From IMG/VR virus record IMGVR_UViG_3300028608_000011, positions 20,008 to 84,007 of that record: a stretch of 64,000 nucleotides of DNA; one strand, given 5' to 3'. Below the pieces are notes generated by a model. The model was given only the letters and a program-made list of their open reading frames with translations, made no database searches and was not told the origin of the DNA. Positions 10,837 through 19,523 of this stretch are shown here, piece after piece (the first letter of the stretch is position 1; the number at the start of each line of letters is the position of its first letter). This DNA is from a virus. A program made the translations under genes and the position numbers.

Positions 10837-11099
10837 TGAAAGGACTTCTCGTTGTACTGGCTGCACTGGCGCTCACAGGATGTGCCTCGAACTGGAAGGA
10901 CTACTCGGACGCCAACCACTGCCAAGCCACCGAGAAGACCACACGCAAAGCCGTGGCCAACAGCTTTTCCACTACCTCATACGCCGGCCCGGTGCCGATG
11001 AACGTGCCTGGCATGGATCTGCGCTACCAGCCTTACCGTCTGTACCACTGCAGCAATGGCCCGATCTGGGGGCCTATCACCACTGACTCAAAGGAATAA
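10836..11099 (+). CDS. Outer-membrane lipoprotein, Cor-like superinfection exclusion candidate
   Basis: Signal peptide with lipobox LTG-C, two further Cys, TGATG coupling, located between J and the side fibre. Confidence 0.65.
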   Translation: MKGLLVVLAALALTGCASNWKDYSDANHCQATEKTTRKAVANSFSTTSYAGPVPMNVPGMDLRYQPYRLYHCSNGPIWGPITTDSKE

Positions 11100-11102
11100 G
11101 CC

Positions 11103-13370
11103 ATGTGGTACAACGAAGGCACAGTATCGCTCGTGCAAGGCTCGGTAACCGTCATCGGCGTCGGCACTGATTTCGTTTCCAACAGCCGGTCTGCGGACAT
11201 GTTCGTAGGCCCTGATGGGCGTATCTACGAAGTCGTGAACTACACCAACGAGAAGACCCTGGCCATCAAACCGGCCTACCTCGGCCCTTCTATTTCGAAC
11301 AGCCCTGATTTTTTCGTGGTACCTATTCAGGGCTACACGAAGTTGGCCGCAGACCGCCTGCACAAGATCACCTTGAGCATCGGCAACATCGAAGGCGACG
11401 TTGCAGCATCTGCGCAGAACGCCGCAGAGGCTAAGGCCGCGCGCGATGCCGCGGAAGCGTCTGAGGCCGCTGCCAAGATTTCTGAAGACAACGCCAAGGC
11501 TAGCGAGGCCGGTGTGGCGCAGTCCGCCGCATCAGCATTGAGCAGCAAGAACGCGGCTGCCAGCTCCGAATCGGTTGCCTCGACGAAGGCTGCCCAAGCC
11601 GCAGCGTCTCAGGCAGCAGCGCAAGACAGTGAAGAGGCCGCGGCAGCCTCTGCGCTCGCCGCACATAACAGCCAGGTATCCGCAGCCTCTTCTGAGGCGG
11701 TAGCAATCAGTAAAGCTACCATTGCCTCGGACAAGGCGGATATCGCCATCACCAAGGCAAACGAGGCCTCACTCTCGGCGTCTGATGCGCTGGACAGCAA
11801 GAATGCCGCTGCCCAGTCGGAGACCAATGCCAACAATGACGCTATAGCGACATCAGCTGACCGTATTCAGGTTGCCAATGACAAGGCCGTAACTACAGCG
11901 GCGCGTGATGAGGCGGTGGCTGCTGCAGCAACTGTTACCGGATCGGTTATCGACAAAGGCTACATCGACTTGTCCGGGGGCGCTTACCCAGCCAAGCCCG
12001 CTTTCTCAGCCTTCTGGAAAGTCACTGTTGGTGGCACCGTCGGCGGCGAGGAATACGGTATTGGCGACACGCTGGTGTACACCAAGCCACAAGACACCTT
12101 TTACAAGATCGACAACACCGAGAGCGTCAGCTCGGTAGCCGGGTTCAAGGGCGCGGTTACCAAAGCTCAGCTCGGTATTGACCAGATCGACAACACCCCA
12201 GATGCGGCCAAGCCTGTGAGTACACCGCAGGCTACCGCCCTGGCGCTAAAGGTAGCGATCGCTGATATCGTCGATAATCTGGCCAGCACTGCGGTAGATA
12301 AACCTCTATCCGCCAAGCAGGGCAAGGTGCTCTATGACATGGTGCAATCGAACAACACTACGATTGTTCGCTACACCTACTTCGCTACTGCGGGTCAAAC
12401 CACTTTCACCGGCGCGGATGCCAATGGCAAGACGCTGTCTTACGTTCCAGGCATTCCACTTATCGTAACGCTTAACGGCGTTGATCTTGAGATTACCGCG
12501 GATTACCTCGCTACGAGTGGATCGTCTTTGGTGCTGACAGAGGGCGCAGCGCTAGGAGAGCAGCTGACGATTACTACGTTTGGCGCTTTCTCGGTGGTAA
12601 ACCACTATACAATCGCCCAAGAGGATGCCCTGTTTGCCCAGCGTTACTTGAAATCTGAAACAGACGCACTGCTAGCCAACAACTTGAACCTGGTGCCGCA
12701 AGGGTTCATTGAAGGGCTTCAATTGGTATGGAATAGTGGCACAAGTATTAGCGTCAGGGCTGGTAGTGCCTATATCCCATCTATTGGTAAGAGGGTCAGT
12801 TACGCTGGCGGAACTATAGCGCCTATCACAGTTCCCGTTATCAACACTTTCATACACCTGTATATCAATGCGGCGGGCGCCATTGTTCAATCACTTACAG
12901 TGCCTGTGAAATATTACAACACCGCCTGGGCAATGACAGGGGATAACTCTAATCGCTATATAGGCAGTATGCTTATTTCCACCAACGCAGCGGGCGCTTA
13001 TAAGTTCCGGCAGGATCTTACCAGTAACAAGCTGTGGTATATCCAAGCTAACCCTACTTCAGCTCCGTTCCGTGCCATTTCTTCACAAACAACTCCTGCC
13101 ACTGTCAGCCTGTCCTCAGTTGTTCCGGTTACGGGTGTAACAGTTTTGGGTGTTTTCCAAAACGCCGGGGCGCTCGGTAACATTGTGTACTTCACCCCAG
13201 CTGACGCCGGAACTCCCGTGAGCGATACAGGCTGGATGATTTACTTGACGGGAGGGGCAGTGCAAAACGCAGAATGTCCGCTGTCCTCAGCCGGGGCTAT
13301 TAGTATTGGGGGTAACGGAGCGTCATGGTCGGCTAACCTTTATTGCAACGGTTACCAATTCGAACGATAA
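11103..13370 (+). CDS. Side tail fibre protein
   Basis: WYNEGTVS anchor domain, Ala/Ser-rich coiled-coil repeats, IDNTPDAAKPVS and KPLSAKQGKVL fibre motifs, distinct C-terminal receptor-binding domain. Confidence 0.9.
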   Translation: MWYNEGTVSLVQGSVTVIGVGTDFVSNSRSADMFVGPDGRIYEVVNYTNEKTLAIKPAYLGPSISNSPDFFVVPIQGYTKLAADRLHKITLSIGNIEGDVAASAQNAAEAKAARDAAEASEAAAKISEDNAKASEAGVAQSAASALSSKNAAASSESVASTKAAQAAASQAAAQDSEEAAAASALAAHNSQVSAASSEAVAISKATIASDKADIAITKANEASLSASDALDSKNAAAQSETNANNDAIATSADRIQVANDKAVTTAARDEAVAAAATVTGSVIDKGYIDLSGGAYPAKPAFSAFWKVTVGGTVGGEEYGIGDTLVYTKPQDTFYKIDNTESVSSVAGFKGAVTKAQLGIDQIDNTPDAAKPVSTPQATALALKVAIADIVDNLASTAVDKPLSAKQGKVLYDMVQSNNTTIVRYTYFATAGQTTFTGADANGKTLSYVPGIPLIVTLNGVDLEITADYLATSGSSLVLTEGAALGEQLTITTFGAFSVVNHYTIAQEDALFAQRYLKSETDALLANNLNLVPQGFIEGLQLVWNSGTSISVRAGSAYIPSIGKRVSYAGGTIAPITVPVINTFIHLYINAAGAIVQSLTVPVKYYNTAWAMTGDNSNRYIGSMLISTNAAGAYKFRQDLTSNKLWYIQANPTSAPFRAISSQTTPATVSLSSVVPVTGVTVLGVFQNAGALGNIVYFTPADAGTPVSDTGWMIYLTGGAVQNAECPLSSAGAISIGGNGASWSANLYCNGYQFER

Positions 13371-13391
13371 ACAAAACGGAGAGTTACCGAG

Positions 13392-13817
13392 ATGGCTGAC
13401 CAAAATAGCGATGTGAATGAAGCCGCTGAAGCCGCTGCGGAGATTACCAACGGGTACGCTGTTAATCAAAACGGCGGCTGGAGAGCAGTAACCTCTGACA
13501 TGGAGCTGTTTGACGACGAGGTTTTCTACCAAGATGTCCCTCAATGGGCGTATGACAAGCAAGAGGCTGACCGCATAAAAGCGGAAAAGACCGCCGCAGA
13601 AAATTCATGGCGAGACCTTGAGATTGCCGCCATCGCTAATCAGCTGATGGCGATAGAGGAGGCGGAAGCTGCGGAGGAAGCCGGCGAAGAACCTCCGGCG
13701 GATCTACTGCCAGGCACGCGGACTCAGTGGCTGTCGTACCGCACCAAGGTTCGCGCCTGGAAGGAAGGCAATGTAAACTTCCCTGACGAAACCAAACGCC
13801 CAGTACGCCCTGAGTAA
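13392..13817 (+). CDS. Tail fibre assembly chaperone-like protein
   Basis: ENSWRD..W.SYR..VRAW...FPD..RPVRP pattern; directly after fibre. Confidence 0.75.
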   Translation: MADQNSDVNEAAEAAAEITNGYAVNQNGGWRAVTSDMELFDDEVFYQDVPQWAYDKQEADRIKAEKTAAENSWRDLEIAAIANQLMAIEEAEAAEEAGEEPPADLLPGTRTQWLSYRTKVRAWKEGNVNFPDETKRPVRPE

Positions 13818-13845
13818 GGGCGTCACCACCACCAAGGAGTAGGTA

Positions 13846-14601
13846 ATGGGATCAATCGCGCGGGCGCTTGCCAAACTCAGGAACCCCCTTACTGCCTCCA
13901 TGGGTGGGGTCTCCCCTGGCTATATTGAAGGGCTGAATTACCGTTGGACAGCAGCTGAGCAAATCACTATCGATAGCGGTGCGGCTTGGTGCCCTTATAC
14001 CTCTAACCCCCATGTGGTAGTGCTGGCATCACCTCTAGTTTTGAGTGTGCCAGTGGGTACCGCGTTATCTCGCACCAACCTTTGGCTTCACGACGATAAC
14101 GGCGTTCCAACAGTAGTATCTGATGATTTCAGCGTGTTAACGGACAACTATTTTGGAAGTGCTTTCCGCCACCCTACTAATAAAGGGTGGCGCTATATCG
14201 GCTCTCTTATGCGCAACAGCCTTGGAGGCCTTTTTGCCCAGGGGGCAGAGAATGGGGTGCACACCTACTACGCGCATATGGCTCAGGCGCCCTTCGAGGC
14301 GCTTAATACCACGGCACAAACAGCGGCCAGAACCGTAAACCTGAACTCGGTTATTCCAGCTTCTGCCATTTCTGTAATAGCCCAGTTAACCGCTTCTGCA
14401 GCCGTTCTTAGAGTTGCGGCCTCCAGCGCAACCGCTGCGGGTAACACAGTATCTAGCGGCTGGTATGTAGCCCTTGTGTTAAGTGGCGCATCATCCGTAA
14501 TTGACGTGCCTTTAGGCAGAGATCAGGCCATGCAGTACGCTAGCGATGCAGCTACGGGCACGCTAACAATGCGCTGCATCGGCTACCGATACAGGCGGTG
14601 A
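13846..14601 (+). CDS. Second, stand-alone receptor-binding tail fibre protein (paralog of the fibre C-terminal domain)
   Basis: Colinear motifs with the fibre C-terminus: GYIEGL/GFIEGL, RYIGSL/RYIGSM, APF, TVNLNSVIP/TVSLSSVVP, CIGYRYRR/CNGYQFER; AGGAG RBS. Confidence 0.8.
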   Translation: MGSIARALAKLRNPLTASMGGVSPGYIEGLNYRWTAAEQITIDSGAAWCPYTSNPHVVVLASPLVLSVPVGTALSRTNLWLHDDNGVPTVVSDDFSVLTDNYFGSAFRHPTNKGWRYIGSLMRNSLGGLFAQGAENGVHTYYAHMAQAPFEALNTTAQTAARTVNLNSVIPASAISVIAQLTASAAVLRVAASSATAAGNTVSSGWYVALVLSGASSVIDVPLGRDQAMQYASDAATGTLTMRCIGYRYRR

Positions 14602-14645
14602 GCAGCTTATGGATCCAACCTCCGACGGATGCCACTCTGCCTTCC

Positions 14646-14674
14646 TTGTGGGCACAGTGGCAAACGGCTATCCT
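14646..14674 (+). promoter_or_regulatory. Possible sigma70 promoter for the lysis cassette
   Basis: TTGTGG-N17-TATCCT in the 100-bp gap before the holin; weak -35. Confidence 0.3.
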
Positions 14675-14705
14675 GCGCGCACACGTTATAAGGAAATAGC
14701 CGCTG

Positions 14706-15101
14706 ATGACTACTGATCCAGCTTCGAGCACAGGATGGCTGACGGTATCTGCAGTCTACGTGTGGGCAGTTCTAGAGCAGCTGCACCCCGGCTCCGCAAT
14801 GGGGGCTTCGTTCGGTTGCGTATTCTTCATTCTTCTCCCGGATCCTGTCGTTTCTTCCTGGTTCCTAAAACTTATTCGCAAAATCGGACTCACAATCGTG
14901 TCCTGGGGTTTCGGCTACGCTGTCGGGATAGCCTTCTCCAGCAACAGTTCGATGTTGGTGGCAGTCATTGGGGCTGCGGTAGCGTCCGGGGTTCTCGGCG
15001 CCATCAATCTGATGGTCAAGAACGATGGCGATCTTCCGCAGTGGATGTCTTCACTGATTAACGCAATCCTACGGTTAAAGCGAGGCGGCGATGAGCAATG
15101 A
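14706..15101 (+). CDS. Putative holin (3-4 TM)
   Basis: Hydrophobic TM segments, basic C-terminus, first gene of lysis cassette. Confidence 0.75.
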   Translation: MTTDPASSTGWLTVSAVYVWAVLEQLHPGSAMGASFGCVFFILLPDPVVSSWFLKLIRKIGLTIVSWGFGYAVGIAFSSNSSMLVAVIGAAVASGVLGAINLMVKNDGDLPQWMSSLINAILRLKRGGDEQ

Positions 15102-15408
15102 TCCTACTTACGGGGAAGTGCTTCTGAGCATTCGCATAGTTCTTCACATGATCACTTTTCTGTCGGTGATCGCTTACACCAGCGAACACCGCACCCGGTG
15201 GTTCTCCAGCTTCCTGGCCTTCCTACTGGCCGGTACTTCTCTGGCCCTGGCCACACAGGGCTACTCCGGGTTCGCGAAGATCGCACCCAACTCCGAAATC
15301 TGGCTGGTGCTGTTCGTAGCAGTGGTCACGGTTCTGGTTGTCGCCAACGGCGGCAACGTCGCAAAAGTCTTGCACAACACCCGGAAGAGACTCCCCTATG
15401 GACGATAA
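15091..15408 (+). CDS. Putative 3-TM holin (DUF754-like)
   Basis: Three TM segments, C-terminal GGNVAKVL motif, directly before the endolysin. Confidence 0.75.
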   Translation: MSNDPTYGEVLLSIRIVLHMITFLSVIAYTSEHRTRWFSSFLAFLLAGTSLALATQGYSGFAKIAPNSEIWLVLFVAVVTVLVVANGGNVAKVLHNTRKRLPYGR

Positions 15409-15940
15409 AACGCTGGCGGCTGCGGCAGGCATTCCTTTGGCTCTCGCACAGAAGTGGGTAGAACCGATCAACGAGGCGTTGAAGTACGCTGACATCACTC
15501 TGGCCAGGTCGATCGCTTCGTTCATCGCCCAGACCGGGCATGAAAGCCTGGGCTTCTCGGTGACCAAGGAGATGGGCAGCGACAAATACCTGAGCAAGTA
15601 CGACACCGGCAAGCTGGCTGCCAATCTCGGCAACACGCCAGAAGCCGACGGTGACGGTCAGCTGTACGCCGGCCGCGGCCTGATTCAGGTCACGGGCAAG
15701 CGCAACTACGCCAAGTGTAGCCAGGCACTGTTCGGTGATGACCGCCTGCTACAGCATCCGGAGATCCTCGAGCAGCCAAAGTATGCCGCGCTGTCCGCAG
15801 CCTGGTACTGGAAGCTGAACAACCTGAACCGGCTCTCGAACGACATCATGGCCCAGACCAAGGCGATCAACGGTGGCTACAACGGCATCGAAGACCGCAA
15901 GGAGCGGTTCGCGCGCGCGATGAAGGTGTTGGCCGCGTGA
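15398..15940 (+). CDS. Endolysin, glycoside hydrolase family 19
   Basis: FIAQTGHES, GDGQLYAGRGLIQVTGKRNY, SAAWYW, TKAINGGYNG. Confidence 0.93.
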   Translation: MDDKTLAAAAGIPLALAQKWVEPINEALKYADITLARSIASFIAQTGHESLGFSVTKEMGSDKYLSKYDTGKLAANLGNTPEADGDGQLYAGRGLIQVTGKRNYAKCSQALFGDDRLLQHPEILEQPKYAALSAAWYWKLNNLNRLSNDIMAQTKAINGGYNGIEDRKERFARAMKVLAA

Positions 15941-16470
15941 TCGAGATCAAGGCGGTGATCATCGCCGTCGGCGCTGCTCTGGTAATCGGGGCGGGCGCCG
16001 GCGGCTACGCTGCCTGGCAGTACCGGGCAATGAAGGCTGACAACGATCTGCTCGATCTGCGCAACACGTTCGACAGCGCCACCGCCGCGGCCAAAGAGCA
16101 GTCGCTGGGCGTAGAGCGAGAGCTGCAGGCCCAGATCAACCAGGTGAGTCAGAAGGGTCGAGATGAAAACCAGAAGATCGAATCTAACGCTGCTGTGGCT
16201 GCTTCCACTACTGGCAGCCTGCTCGCGGCAGCCGATCAGCGTTTCAGTGCCACCGCCTGTGATCCCGGAGTTGCCCGCCGAGGCGCGGCAGCAACCTCGG
16301 CCGCGTATCTGTATTCCCAGCTGCTTGGAGAATCTCAGCGCCTGGCAGAAGGGTTGGCAAAAGAAGCTGACAGCGCCCGAAGCCGAGGGCAGTCTTGTGA
16401 AGCCGCTTACGACACAGTGAGAAGGGGATTGGATTTGTTGCGGAAGGGGGCGGCTGTAACCGCTGGGTGA
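15937..16470 (+). CDS. Rz: Inner-membrane spanin (Rz-like, DUF2514-type)
   Basis: N-terminal TM followed by coiled coil; ADSARSRGQSCEAAYD. Confidence 0.85.
   Translation: MIEIKAVIIAVGAALVIGAGAGGYAAWQYRAMKADNDLLDLRNTFDSATAAAKEQSLGVERELQAQINQVSQKGRDENQKIESNAAVAASTTGSLLAAADQRFSATACDPGVARRGAAATSAAYLYSQLLGESQRLAEGLAKEADSARSRGQSCEAAYDTVRRGLDLLRKGAAVTAG
16163..16420 (+). CDS. Rz1: Outer-membrane spanin lipoprotein embedded in Rz (+1 frame)
   Basis: Lipobox LAA-C, Pro-rich mature part, fully nested in Rz. Confidence 0.8.
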   Translation: MKTRRSNLTLLWLLPLLAACSRQPISVSVPPPVIPELPAEARQQPRPRICIPSCLENLSAWQKGWQKKLTAPEAEGSLVKPLTTQ

Positions 16471-16474
16471 TGGG

Positions 16475-16499
16475 GAGGGCAGCGATCGCTGCCCTCTTT
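16475..16499 (+). terminator. Hairpin terminator between the convergent late and replication modules
   Basis: GAGGGCAGCG-AT-CGCTGCCCTC followed by TTT. Confidence 0.7.
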
Positions 16500-16503
16500 G
16501 CTG

Positions 16504-16797
16504 CTATGGATGTGTCCACCAGAACTTGCCGAACACCGTGCTGCCATCCAGCAGCCGGTACTCCATGTTGCCCTCGCGCTCCGACAGATGCCGGGTGCGG
16601 AACGCAATGACCACTTTGTCCGACTCGCTCAGCTTGGAAAGCGGAATGCCTTCCTCGTGAACTTTGGTGCCGGCTGGCAGCTTGATGTACATCCAGCTGC
16701 CTACCGGCGCCAGCTTGCCAGGGTCATTCCAGTGGGTGGTCTCATCGACGTGCCCACAGTGCGCGCAGACCGCGCCCTGAATTTTGTTCAGGCTCAT
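16504..16797 (-). CDS. Hypothetical protein
   Basis: ORF with CxxC, adjacent to upstream gene. Confidence 0.65.
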   Translation of the reverse strand: MSLNKIQGAVCAHCGHVDETTHWNDPGKLAPVGSWMYIKLPAGTKVHEEGIPLSKLSESDKVVIAFRTRHLSEREGNMEYRLLDGSTVFGKFWWTHP

Positions 16798-16798
16798 T

Positions 16799-17047
16799 TC
16801 AGCCCTCACATTTGACGTGGTAGATGGTTTCGTTCTTGTCCCGGTAGGCCTTGGCCTGCGCTGACAGTTCGTCCTGAATCTCTCTGCGAGTCTTTACCGA
16901 GCCGTCGGCGTTGGTGTTGAAGGGGTTGAGGGTCTGCATGAACTCCTTCGTCCGGGTGCATTTCTTGCCGCACTTTCCGCACGGCGCCGTGGTCTTGTTG
17001 GTCAGCTTGACCACTTCAAAGGTTTGTCGGGTGGTACGCATACTCAC
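16799..17047 (-). CDS. Small zinc-finger-like hypothetical protein
   Basis: CGKCGKKC...HVKC; overlaps the sbcC stop. Confidence 0.65.
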   Translation of the reverse strand: MSMRTTRQTFEVVKLTNKTTAPCGKCGKKCTRTKEFMQTLNPFNTNADGSVKTRREIQDELSAQAKAYRDKNETIYHVKCEG

Positions 17048-19308
17048 TCTCCTACGTTGACGATGTTTTCGGCCAGCGCCTGGTCTGTCTCGCGGTGGGT
17101 GATCAGCAGCACCTGCTTGGCGCTGACAGCGATCATCGCGGCGAGGGACGCAGCGTTGTGTTCACGGCACGACTCAGTCGGCTCATCGAAGATCAGCAGG
17201 CTGTCCTTGCCGTACAGTGCACGGGCCAGGCCCACACGCAGTGACACGCCGATCATGGCCTTCTGAGCGCCGGAAGCACTGGCGGTTGGCGCCATGATCC
17301 CGTCCTCTTCGAACAGGAACTCGCCATCCTCGTTGGTGATCTTGGTGATCAGATCCTTCGAGGCGGTGCGCACCAGGCGGCTGGACACACCCATAACGGT
17401 GTCCCAGACTTCCTTCAGGTACTGCTGGCGGCGCTCGCGCAGGAACTGCACCAGCCGACCGTATTTCTTGGCCAGCACGGTGTGCTCCAGAGCCGCAGCG
17501 TTGCGAGCCTGCAGACCTTCGAGCTTTTCCTTCGCCAGTTTCAGCAGCTGCGATTGGTGCTTGAGGGTTTGCTCGGCGGCGGCCACTGCCGACTGGAGTT
17601 CCTGGCGCTTCTCCTTCCACATCGTGAGGGCATCGCGGTAGGTGATCTCCAGAGCTTCAGCTGCGCTCACCTCTTCGTCGGTTGGCGGCTCAGGCATGGC
17701 CTCCAGCTGGTCGTTGAGCAGCTGCAGGGTGACCTCGTTATCAGTCAGCGCCTTCTCAGCCTTGGCCAGGGCGTCCTTGTCGGTGTTGAACACCGAGTTG
17801 GCTTCGTTCACGCCCTTCAGCTTGGCGTTGAGATCCGCATAGGCCTCGCGGCTGGCCGTCAGTGCAGCGGTGGCTGCATCCAGCTCGGCCTGGATCACGT
17901 CAGCCTTGCGCAGCTTGGCCAGCGCCTCGGTGTTGGCCTTGTAACCTTCGTTGGCGCTGTCCACGGCCGCTGCAGCCTTGTTGTAGGCAGCCAGCTTGTC
18001 CTGCAGCTCAGTGCGGCGGGACTTGCTGGCGGTGATGCCCTTCTGCAGCTCAGCCACGGACGTCTTGCGACCTTCCCAGTAGACGCGAGCCTCTTCAGCC
18101 TCCGCTGCCAGCTTGACCGGGTCGTGCTCTTCCTTGGCGCGGTTGCAGGTTGGGCACACGGCGCCGTCGGACAGCATGATTAGGTTGTCGTAGGCACCCT
18201 TGGCCTTGCCTACTTCTTCCTGGCGCGCTGCGAGATCTTCCTCGGCGGCAGGGATGGCCTTGTCGAGCAAGGTCACCTCAGCCATCAGCTCGTCTTCCTC
18301 GAACTCAGCCCAGTTGGCGGTGAACTCGACCTGACGGGTGTTCAGCGTGAGATCCGACTCGTCGGTGTCCTGCTGCACAGCCTTGCGGTGTGAGGCCTCG
18401 TCCTGCAGGTTCTTTTCCTTTACCGCCAGCTCTCCGCCAGCAGTCTTGGCTTTTTGCAGCTCAGCCTGCAGCGCCGCAGCGTCTTGCAGTTCGCGACCTT
18501 CAAGACGTTTCTTCGCCTCGTCGACGCGCTCCTGCATGTTTTTGACCTGAACCTCGGCCACGCCGATCTTGTTCGACAGGGTGACGACGTCGGCCAACTG
18601 CTGACGCATTGCGGAGGAGGATGCAGGCTGCTCCATGGTGAACTCGCCGTGCAGATCCAGTGCACCGTTGGCATCTTCCAGCGCAATGCAGGCCTGCTGT
18701 TCAGAGTCGCTCGCTGTCTGCAGGTCACGCTGCACCGCTTCCATGTCCTCGGCAGACACTTCTTTGGCATCGGCTTGGCTGGTGTTCATGGTGGCCTGAC
18801 GCTGTGCTTCGACCTGCACCTTGTCGATCAGGTCAACGCCGGCGAACTCTTCGACCTTCTTGTTCAGCGCGGTGGCGCCGAAGTCGAGGATGCCGGCCGA
18901 GGAGCCCTGACGGGACTGCACGAACAGGTTCCAGTCCTTGGCTGCCAGCCCCAGCATTTCTTCCACAGCGGCGGTCACCGGCGTGTTGCCGTTGGCCACC
19001 AGCTCAACGGTGCCGTCGGCATTCAGGCGGCTGAGCTTGGCCGAGTTGTTGTTGCGGGACAGGGTGTAGATCCCGCCGTGCAGCTCGTACTTCAGCTCGA
19101 TGGTGAACTTGGTCTGGCCCCAGGTCGGGATGTTTTCTTTCTTGCCTGGCACCACAGTCACACCGAACAGCGCGGCTTCTACAGCCTGCAGCAGGGTGGA
19201 CTTGCCGCGAGCGTTGTCGCCGGCGATGACGTTCAGACCGTTGGTGAAATCCGCGGTGAAGTTGCCCAACTTCTTGAAGTGGGTGGTGACGAGTGATAAC
19301 AGACGCAT
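17044..19308 (-). CDS. sbcC: SbcC/Rad50-like recombination ATPase
   Basis: Walker A GDNARGKST, coiled coil with CPTC zinc hook, signature ASGAQ, Walker B LLIFDEPT; AGGAGG RBS. Confidence 0.93.
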   Translation of the reverse strand: MRLLSLVTTHFKKLGNFTADFTNGLNVIAGDNARGKSTLLQAVEAALFGVTVVPGKKENIPTWGQTKFTIELKYELHGGIYTLSRNNNSAKLSRLNADGTVELVANGNTPVTAAVEEMLGLAAKDWNLFVQSRQGSSAGILDFGATALNKKVEEFAGVDLIDKVQVEAQRQATMNTSQADAKEVSAEDMEAVQRDLQTASDSEQQACIALEDANGALDLHGEFTMEQPASSSAMRQQLADVVTLSNKIGVAEVQVKNMQERVDEAKKRLEGRELQDAAALQAELQKAKTAGGELAVKEKNLQDEASHRKAVQQDTDESDLTLNTRQVEFTANWAEFEEDELMAEVTLLDKAIPAAEEDLAARQEEVGKAKGAYDNLIMLSDGAVCPTCNRAKEEHDPVKLAAEAEEARVYWEGRKTSVAELQKGITASKSRRTELQDKLAAYNKAAAAVDSANEGYKANTEALAKLRKADVIQAELDAATAALTASREAYADLNAKLKGVNEANSVFNTDKDALAKAEKALTDNEVTLQLLNDQLEAMPEPPTDEEVSAAEALEITYRDALTMWKEKRQELQSAVAAAEQTLKHQSQLLKLAKEKLEGLQARNAAALEHTVLAKKYGRLVQFLRERRQQYLKEVWDTVMGVSSRLVRTASKDLITKITNEDGEFLFEEDGIMAPTASASGAQKAMIGVSLRVGLARALYGKDSLLIFDEPTESCREHNAASLAAMIAVSAKQVLLITHRETDQALAENIVNVGE

Positions 19309-19328
19309 GGCGCCTCCTAGTGAGGATT

Positions 19329-19346
19329 CTTCGCTGATTAGCGAGG
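19329..19346. promoter_or_regulatory. Palindromic operator-like motif, copy 1 (CCTCGC-TAATCA-GCGAAG on - strand)
   Basis: One of six intergenic copies; 20 nt upstream of sbcC. Confidence 0.65.
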
Positions 19347-19523
19347 TTACATTGATTTGATGGCGTCAGCTACAGCCAAGGAAAGGGGATGAGGGTTGCG
19401 ATTGGTTCTAGTTATTGAACCAATCAGCTGCTCAAGCTTGGCCAGTTTGGCTTCAGACCACCCGCACTGTGCGAATTTATTGAACAGTGCGGGGTGATCT
19501 GTGGGCACCCAGCCCACGTTCAC
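19347..19523 (-). CDS. Small hypothetical protein (58 aa, MNVGWVPTDH...), not in the ORF track
   Basis: GTG start overlaps the TGA of the upstream MazG-like gene; fills the gap exactly. Confidence 0.45.
   Translation of the reverse strand: MNVGWVPTDHPALFNKFAQCGWSEAKLAKLEQLIGSITRTNRNPHPLSLAVADAIKSM

Noticed and set aside
11400-11930. Ala/Ser-rich repeats in the side fibre and 10-aa repeats near the end of J as novel repeats
   Set aside because: Ordinary coiled-coil and beta-helix repeats of tail fibres
12693-14601. Diversity-generating retroelement or invertible shufflon explaining the duplicated fibre tip
   Set aside because: No reverse transcriptase or invertase in the window, no near-identical TR/VR DNA repeat, and both copies are in the same orientation
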